Shown piece by piece: positions 58,425-64,000 of a DNA stretch of 64,000 nt. Origin of the DNA: Armatimonadota bacterium (GTDB lineage: Bacteria; Armatimonadota; UBA5829; DSUL01); the NCBI GenBank assembly GCA_040769165.1, contig JAXGLP010000001.1:728197-792196 (forward strand), given 5' to 3'. The stretch's first letter is position 1. Each line of letters opens with the position of its first letter. Made by a program: the position numbers and the translations under genes. Under the pieces are notes generated by a model, which was not told the DNA's origin, made no database searches, and saw nothing but the letters and a program-made list of their open reading frames with translations.

Positions 58425-61400
58425 ATGTATCTGCATTTCTGCCGGCCCGGACGGCCCCACTGCAGGCGGTCGCCGGAAACGGCCCTTGTTCTGCTTTGTC
58501 TTGCTCTGGTTCTTGCCTGCGCGCCTCTCGGCGCGGCGCCTGTCAACCAGAGTGTATCGCCAAACAGTGCGAGTCTGGCGGTCGGCATCGAGTTTGATCT
58601 CACTGTTGTCCACAGCGATGCGCTGGGAGGTAACACCATCTCCGGATCGTATCTGCTTCTCAACTCGGCAGTGGACGGCGCCGACGCAGTGTATCTGTTC
58701 TATAGCGCTGCCGAAAACCGTCTTTTCCTGAGGAACGATGCGGGCAACGCTTGGATGGCCGGAGCATCGCCGGGAGCGAATACTGTGCTGCAGAACTCGC
58801 GCTGCAAAGTCTACTGCGCGAGGACAGTCGTCTCCGCATCCGGCACAACGCGGACCGTGCGGTGGCGTTTGGAACTCAAGCCATCAATGGCGGGCAGATC
58901 GCTCAGGGCTTTCGCCTATTGCACAAGCTCGAGCGGTTGGGATGGCTGGGACCAGCTCCGATCATATACGGTTGGTACAGTGCCTGTGCAGTCACCGGTC
59001 AACATTAGCTTGTCCGGAAGGCTCTCTATAGGATCCATGCAGACAATCACCGCGATCTATTCGGACGCTGACGGTGCGGGCAACCTGGCCGGATGCTATC
59101 TCTTGGCAAACAAGACCTTGAACGGCGCCAGTGGCATCTACCTTTGGTACGACGTCGCAAACAACAAGCTCTGGGCACGGAATGAAGCCAACACTGCCTG
59201 GGTTGGCGGCTATGCCCCAGGGTCTTCCAATACCATTGAGACCAGTCTGTTCGCGATGGATTGCAGCAAGACGACTGTTACACAGGGGACCAACAACCTC
59301 ACGATAGCCTGGAAGGTGCAGCGGAAAGCGTCTTCTCAAGGGGCTAGCCTCAACGTCTGGATGTACGTGGCCGACAGGGTGGGCCGCGCGGCTGGATGGA
59401 CCTTGAAGGCTGTGTGGCCGAACGTGGCGCCGGAGTGCAATGAGGTCGACTACGATAATATGGTGGTCGAGGACCCTGAAAACTGGATTGGGGCGCTTTT
59501 CGATGACTATAACGGCCCAGGTGATATAAAGGGATGCTATCTGCTCGTCAACACCGCACTTGATGGGCGCAGTGCTGTTTATTTGTGGTATGACGCGGCG
59601 GCCAACCGAATCTACCTCCGCAATGACGCCAACACGGCCTGGATTGGTGGGTTCGCGCCGGGCTCGCCCAATGTCATCGAGAACGCGCAGTGCAAGGTGC
59701 ATTGCGCTGACACATATGCGGTGGCCGACGGTTACGATATGTGGGTGGATGCAGCGGTGGAACTGAAAGGCGTCATGGCTGGCAAGCGGTGCTCGGTCTG
59801 GACTTACGCTGTTGACTACGAAAACGCCAATACCGGCTGGGTTAGAAAGGCCTCGGTCACGCCGTTTCGTGCTGGGCCAGAAAATGTCAGCATTACTCCG
59901 GGGGGTGGGGAATTGCCCGGACAGACATCACTCGTGCTGAAGGCGACCGTGGCGCACCCGGGTGGCATCGAAAACCTGAGTGATGTCTACTTGCTGCTGA
60001 ATGAGGTGCTCAGTGGCGCCAACGCGTGCTATCTCCACATGGATCAGGACGGGAAGCTATTCCTGCGCAATGATCAGAACACAGAGTGGCTCGGCGGCTA
60101 TTATCCAGGAGACCCATATACCATCGAGAACAGTACGGTCCGCCTCCACTGTGCCAGTAGCGACGTGACGTTTGATGAATCCGGAATTGCGGGGGCGCCT
60201 GCAACGGCCAGTGTCAGTTGGAGCGTCGAGTTTAGGTCACCAGCCTCGTCCCGAGAGGTCAGCGCATGGATGTACGTCAAGGATACCGACGGCAAGTCCG
60301 ACGGTTGGGACAAGATGGGGCAGTACGTTATCCGGCCGTTCAACCCCGGTGTCGCTCAGGGACGGCTGCAGTCGCTCCTGTCACAAGAGGCAAGCACTAT
60401 TGATGCCTGTGAGGAGTTCAACTGGTTTCAGGCATACAGGACGGCCCATCCCGGTGATAAGACAGGGCTGGTTGGCTGGAGCGTAGCGCGAGTGGCATGC
60501 GCGGTGACCACGCTGCAGGACAAGTATGCAGTGTCAGACGGCAGCCTTGCGGCAATCAAGACATTTCGTGGTGCGTTGAGTGCTGCGTCAGGTGACGGCA
60601 TGGCGCAACTGGCTTACTCCCCTGTTAGCGTTGTGACGAACCATGGAGTCGAATCGCTGTTGTCAACTGGCTCCTTTGCTCCGTCGTCTTTGGGTGTGCA
60701 GCCGGCATCGTCAGTCAGCTTGACGCCAGCCGCGCTTACAGCCGATATCAGGAACGAAATAGTCCCGGCGCTGGAAGATTCCATCGCGGCCCTTGCCCCG
60801 GCAATCGCGGATAGTTCGTTTGTGGCTACCATGGTGTTTGATGATGAACGCGTTGCCCACATACGCAGCGAGGAATTGCAGATGTACCGGGCAGCCCTGG
60901 AAGCAGTCCTGGCTCTGCTGAGCACCGCCGTTGCCTATTCCTGGGACGACACCGGTTTCGACTGGAACCGTTCGCCGGAGGAGATGGACCTGAATCAGGA
61001 TGGACTGCTGACCCCTGCAGAGTACTTGCCCGGCGGGACGTTCGGCATGCTGGCCGATGCCTCGTCTCTGACTCGTGGCTGGACTGCTCTGAACGCGGCA
61101 GTGGATGATGGCCTGGCAGTAGCCGACAGCAGCTTCCCCGCGAACGATCCTGACCAGCTCCTGAAGATGGTGGTGGAGCCGCCCGATTGGGGAGAGGTCC
61201 AGGCGGCGCTAGACCAGGCCAAACTTGTCCTGTCCGGTCTGGTGGTCGTGCCTTGCGATTACCGTTCGAGAGTATGGCGCTACGACTGGTATTACGACGA
61301 GTTTGGGTGGGAGTGGGTAGATGAGCAGGCATTTGTTACCTTCAACCTGTCGAGCTTCTGGTTGCACCCGATTGCCAGCCTGCGCGCTCTCTGGCCTGTG

Positions 61401-61556
61401 TTGGCCGTGCAGTGGGATGACTGGGGGTATTCGTATTGCACTCTGGAGAGCGTTCCGGACCCGACCATGAACGGCTTGTTCCCGCGCGGAGCAAGCCAGA
61501 TTCCGCTCGAGTTGTGGAACGAGTGGTTCGGCAGTGGGCTGCTCGGGGGCTGGTAG
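58425..61556 (+). CDS. Secreted protein with 4 tandem copies of the unrecognised ~145-aa 'LLLN/WLRNDAN' domain plus a ~420-aa C-terminal region
   Basis: Signal peptide LVLLCLALVLACAPLGAAP. Repeats at about 58540-60345, each with YLL.N..L.G....YL.YD...N.L.LRND.N.AW.GG.APG..N.IE. and ending in GW. Confidence 0.65.
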   Translation: MYLHFCRPGRPHCRRSPETALVLLCLALVLACAPLGAAPVNQSVSPNSASLAVGIEFDLTVVHSDALGGNTISGSYLLLNSAVDGADAVYLFYSAAENRLFLRNDAGNAWMAGASPGANTVLQNSRCKVYCARTVVSASGTTRTVRWRLELKPSMAGRSLRAFAYCTSSSGWDGWDQLRSYTVGTVPVQSPVNISLSGRLSIGSMQTITAIYSDADGAGNLAGCYLLANKTLNGASGIYLWYDVANNKLWARNEANTAWVGGYAPGSSNTIETSLFAMDCSKTTVTQGTNNLTIAWKVQRKASSQGASLNVWMYVADRVGRAAGWTLKAVWPNVAPECNEVDYDNMVVEDPENWIGALFDDYNGPGDIKGCYLLVNTALDGRSAVYLWYDAAANRIYLRNDANTAWIGGFAPGSPNVIENAQCKVHCADTYAVADGYDMWVDAAVELKGVMAGKRCSVWTYAVDYENANTGWVRKASVTPFRAGPENVSITPGGGELPGQTSLVLKATVAHPGGIENLSDVYLLLNEVLSGANACYLHMDQDGKLFLRNDQNTEWLGGYYPGDPYTIENSTVRLHCASSDVTFDESGIAGAPATASVSWSVEFRSPASSREVSAWMYVKDTDGKSDGWDKMGQYVIRPFNPGVAQGRLQSLLSQEASTIDACEEFNWFQAYRTAHPGDKTGLVGWSVARVACAVTTLQDKYAVSDGSLAAIKTFRGALSAASGDGMAQLAYSPVSVVTNHGVESLLSTGSFAPSSLGVQPASSVSLTPAALTADIRNEIVPALEDSIAALAPAIADSSFVATMVFDDERVAHIRSEELQMYRAALEAVLALLSTAVAYSWDDTGFDWNRSPEEMDLNQDGLLTPAEYLPGGTFGMLADASSLTRGWTALNAAVDDGLAVADSSFPANDPDQLLKMVVEPPDWGEVQAALDQAKLVLSGLVVVPCDYRSRVWRYDWYYDEFGWEWVDEQAFVTFNLSSFWLHPIASLRALWPVLAVQWDDWGYSYCTLESVPDPTMNGLFPRGASQIPLELWNEWFGSGLLGGW

Positions 61557-61576
61557 GGCGCTGTCTTCATCCTCGG

Positions 61577-62992
61577 ATGATTGATCTGGTGGCGGGGAAG
61601 GGGGTCCGGACCCTTCCCCGCCACGCACTGCGAGCGGCCGCCGCGCTTCTGATTCTGTGTGTCGCGGCGGCCCCGGCAGGGGCGTCCCCGGACCTGCTGG
61701 CTCTGTTTCAGCCCGGCGAAGTCGTGGACGTCCTCGCGGGCGGCCTGACGTTGCCCGGAGGGCTTCGCGCGGCGCCTGCCCTCGATGCGCCCCTCTCGCT
61801 GCTGGAGTTTCCCACGTCGGTTTCAGTCAGCTACACCCGTTCGCGTCCGTTCCGGCAGAACGGCTCCGACCGGTGGCGCGTCGGCGGCTCGGCCGCGGAG
61901 GCGCTCCTCACTGTGCGCGACCGGGGCAAGGCGGGCGATATCGCTGTGGGAGCCGTGTATGAATCGAGCTCGCTCGGCCTCAATGAGTCCGGACGCGCCA
62001 GCGCTGAGGGCAGTCTTTCGCCGAAGACCCGCACGGCAGGCCTTGCCGTTGCCCGCGGCGGACTCGCCGCGGGAGTTTCTGTCGGCCGCGAGAGCCACGA
62101 AGGGCTGATCACCAGCAGCCGTTTCGAAGGGATCGAGTCCGCTCCGGGGCTCGGGGAGGGCTTCCTCGCGTGGATGCAGAGCCATCCCTGTCTTGCAGTC
62201 GAGGTGCGTTCGTCGTTCGGGCGGCACCAGGCGGGAGTGCTGCACAGGCAGTCTAACGGACAGGCGACAATCAGGACTGTCTCCGACGGGCAGGCCTACC
62301 ACGTCCGTCAGAACTTCAGCAGCCGGGTGTGGGCGCCGCACTGGGTGTGGCGCGACGGCGGCTTCACCGCTATCGGGCTGCTATCGTGGTCGTCGGGGTG
62401 CGCAACCGGCCCGGTCGCCGTCGGCAACCTGGTGGCAGGAAGCCTCACGGGTGAGGCGCGGGGCTCTTCGCAGGCCATCGCCCTGCGCTCCGACGGCCCC
62501 GGCGCCAGCCAGATGTGGTCCTTCGAGCACACCCGACAGCACGGCGACCTGCGGGCTTCCGCCGGGGGATTTCTCTTTCCGGGAATCCTGAGCAAGTCCT
62601 ACAGCACACTGGATTACTTCGGGTACGAACGGTACAGCCTGCGCTGCGGACAAGAGCGCCGCAACGGTTCGGTATCGCTGCGCGCGGGCCTGCTGCTCAG
62701 TTACGGGCAGGTGGATCTGCGCCTGCGCGCCACGCAGTCCAGATTCCTGCGCCCGCCCATCGTGCTCGCCGATGAGCGCCTCGACAACGGCGAACTCTGG
62801 GTGCTGGCGCCGTCGGTGGGCGCGGGTCTCAAAACCGGCGATTGGATATTCGATGCCGGGGCTTCGGTGTTCTTCGCTCTGCTCGAAGACGGCATCGAGG
62901 ACGCGGAAGAGCCCGGCGGCGGAGATCCGGGCGCGCACAACCACGTGCGTCCGTCGTACCGATGGGGCGTGACCGTGCGCAAGCTCCTCTAG
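61577..62992 (+). CDS. Hypothetical secreted protein, possibly an outer-membrane beta-barrel
   Basis: Signal peptide AAALLILCVAAAPAGASP. Alternating hydrophobic/polar, Gly/Ser/Arg-rich strands throughout. No recognised motif. Confidence 0.35.
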   Translation: MIDLVAGKGVRTLPRHALRAAAALLILCVAAAPAGASPDLLALFQPGEVVDVLAGGLTLPGGLRAAPALDAPLSLLEFPTSVSVSYTRSRPFRQNGSDRWRVGGSAAEALLTVRDRGKAGDIAVGAVYESSSLGLNESGRASAEGSLSPKTRTAGLAVARGGLAAGVSVGRESHEGLITSSRFEGIESAPGLGEGFLAWMQSHPCLAVEVRSSFGRHQAGVLHRQSNGQATIRTVSDGQAYHVRQNFSSRVWAPHWVWRDGGFTAIGLLSWSSGCATGPVAVGNLVAGSLTGEARGSSQAIALRSDGPGASQMWSFEHTRQHGDLRASAGGFLFPGILSKSYSTLDYFGYERYSLRCGQERRNGSVSLRAGLLLSYGQVDLRLRATQSRFLRPPIVLADERLDNGELWVLAPSVGAGLKTGDWIFDAGASVFFALLEDGIEDAEEPGGGDPGAHNHVRPSYRWGVTVRKLL

Positions 62993-63080
62993 CCGCGCCG
63001 TCCAGCTATTGACAGAACCGCGTCATGCGCGAACAATGCGCAGTGAGCCGGGCGCGCTTTGTGCCGCTCAAGGAGTTAGT

Positions 63081-64000
63081 ATGAGTCTTCCGTCGTGGAT
63101 TCCGGGGGGGCGCGGGGAGGCGTGCGCGGGGTCGGCCCGGCCGCTGGCACGGGGCTTGCGCGGGGCGGTGCTGGTTTGTCTTGCACTTGCGTGTTGCTCG
63201 GCTGCATATGCGCAGGCGGCCTTTTCGCTTGCGCCAGGCGGCGGCGCGCTGCTGACCGGCGTTGACTATACGCTCACCGCCGGATATCGCGGCGCGGGCA
63301 TCGCCAACACCTATCTGCTTCTCAACACCACCCTGTCCTCCGTGCGGGGAGCCAGCCTCTGGTATGACGCCGTCAACAACCGGATCTGGCTCCGAAACGA
63401 CGTCAGCTCGGCGTGGCTGGGCGGCCACGCGCCGGGCTCGGCGTTCACCATCGAAAACAGCTATGTCAAAGTCGTCTGTGCACAGACCACCGTGTCGCGC
63501 AGCGGCGAGGTGCTGAGCGTCGCCTGGCGAGTCCAGCTCAAGGACACGATGGCCGGGAAGACCCTGCGAAGCTGGATGTACGTGGATTTCAGCGACCAGA
63601 CCCACATCGGCTGGAACGAGATGCCGCCGTTCACGGCCATTCTGCCGGGCCGCGCGCCCGTGAACGTGAGCATCACGCCGTCGTCGGGAACCATCGCCAG
63701 CGGAAGCAAGCTCACCCTGCAGGCCGCCTACTCCGACCCTAACGGCGCATCCGACATCGCGTCGTCGTTCCTGCTCCTGAACACCGTCGCCGAAAGCGCG
63801 AATGTCGTCTATCTCTGGTACGACGCTTTTGAGAACAAGCTTTTCCTGCGCGACGATGCCGACGCATCCTGGCTCGGCGGAGTGGCTCCAGGCGCGGCCG
63901 GGACCATCGAAAACAGTTGGTGCGCGCTCGATGCCTCCGCAACCACTGTTTCCGCGTCGGGATCCAGCCTGGTCGTCAACTATCGCATCACCCTCAAGCC
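63081..64000 (+). CDS. Secreted 'LLLN/WLRNDAN' repeat-domain protein (3' end beyond window; at least 2 copies seen)
   Basis: Not in the ORF track because the frame stays open to the window end. Translated by hand: AAGGAG-N5-ATG, MSLPSW..LVCLALACCSAAYAQA, then YLLLNTTLSSVRGASLWYDAVNNRIWLRNDVSSAWLGGHAPGSAFTIENS and FLLLNTVAESANVVYLWYDAFENKLFLRDDADASWLGGVAPGAAGTIENS. Confidence 0.7.
   Translation, partial: MSLPSWIPGGRGEACAGSARPLARGLRGAVLVCLALACCSAAYAQAAFSLAPGGGALLTGVDYTLTAGYRGAGIANTYLLLNTTLSSVRGASLWYDAVNNRIWLRNDVSSAWLGGHAPGSAFTIENSYVKVVCAQTTVSRSGEVLSVAWRVQLKDTMAGKTLRSWMYVDFSDQTHIGWNEMPPFTAILPGRAPVNVSITPSSGTIASGSKLTLQAAYSDPNGASDIASSFLLLNTVAESANVVYLWYDAFENKLFLRDDADASWLGGVAPGAAGTIENSWCALDASATTVSASGSSLVVNYRITLK

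Overview
This is a GC-rich, densely coding bacterial chromosomal segment with a strong G/C bias at third codon positions. Many long antisense ORFs in the six-frame track are artefacts of this composition. Three kinds of content are present.

(1) Housekeeping and metabolic genes: xylB (partial), a sugar ABC permease and binding protein, an amidohydrolase, thiL-tsaE-tsaB, an oxidoreductase, an acyl-CoA synthetase, a split transketolase, a cupin, a fused 2-oxoacid dehydrogenase E1 alpha/beta, tRNA-Leu(CAA), sppA, polA, rpsA, coaE, uvrB, URO-D-like proteins and glycoside hydrolases.

(2) A diversity-generating retroelement (DGR) signature at 15.4-16.8 kb. A 128-bp template repeat and a 128-bp variable repeat differ at 21 positions. 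Every difference falls on a template adenine. The variable repeat sits at the 3' end of a secreted FGE-sulfatase/C-type-lectin-fold gene. No reverse transcriptase or Avd gene is present anywhere in the window. The flanking DNA, where such genes would normally lie, carries a duplicated, highly structured 177-bp element.

(3) A roughly 23-kb envelope/surface gene cluster at 28.1-51.6 kb. Two paralogous membrane-anchored LpoB/CsgG-like proteins bracket an S8 subtilase, a 706-aa secreted protein and two giant paralogous repeat proteins (2727 and about 2488 aa). All four bracketed proteins end in the same bipartite 'GWNQIG...GYW' C-terminal module, which I do not recognise as a named sorting domain.

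A second unrecognised repeat domain of about 145 aa (core 'YLLLN..YLWYD..NKLWLRNDANTAWLGG.APGS.NTIENS') occurs in three separate genes. One of them lies immediately upstream of the DGR target.

No CRISPR array, integrase, transposase or rRNA was seen.
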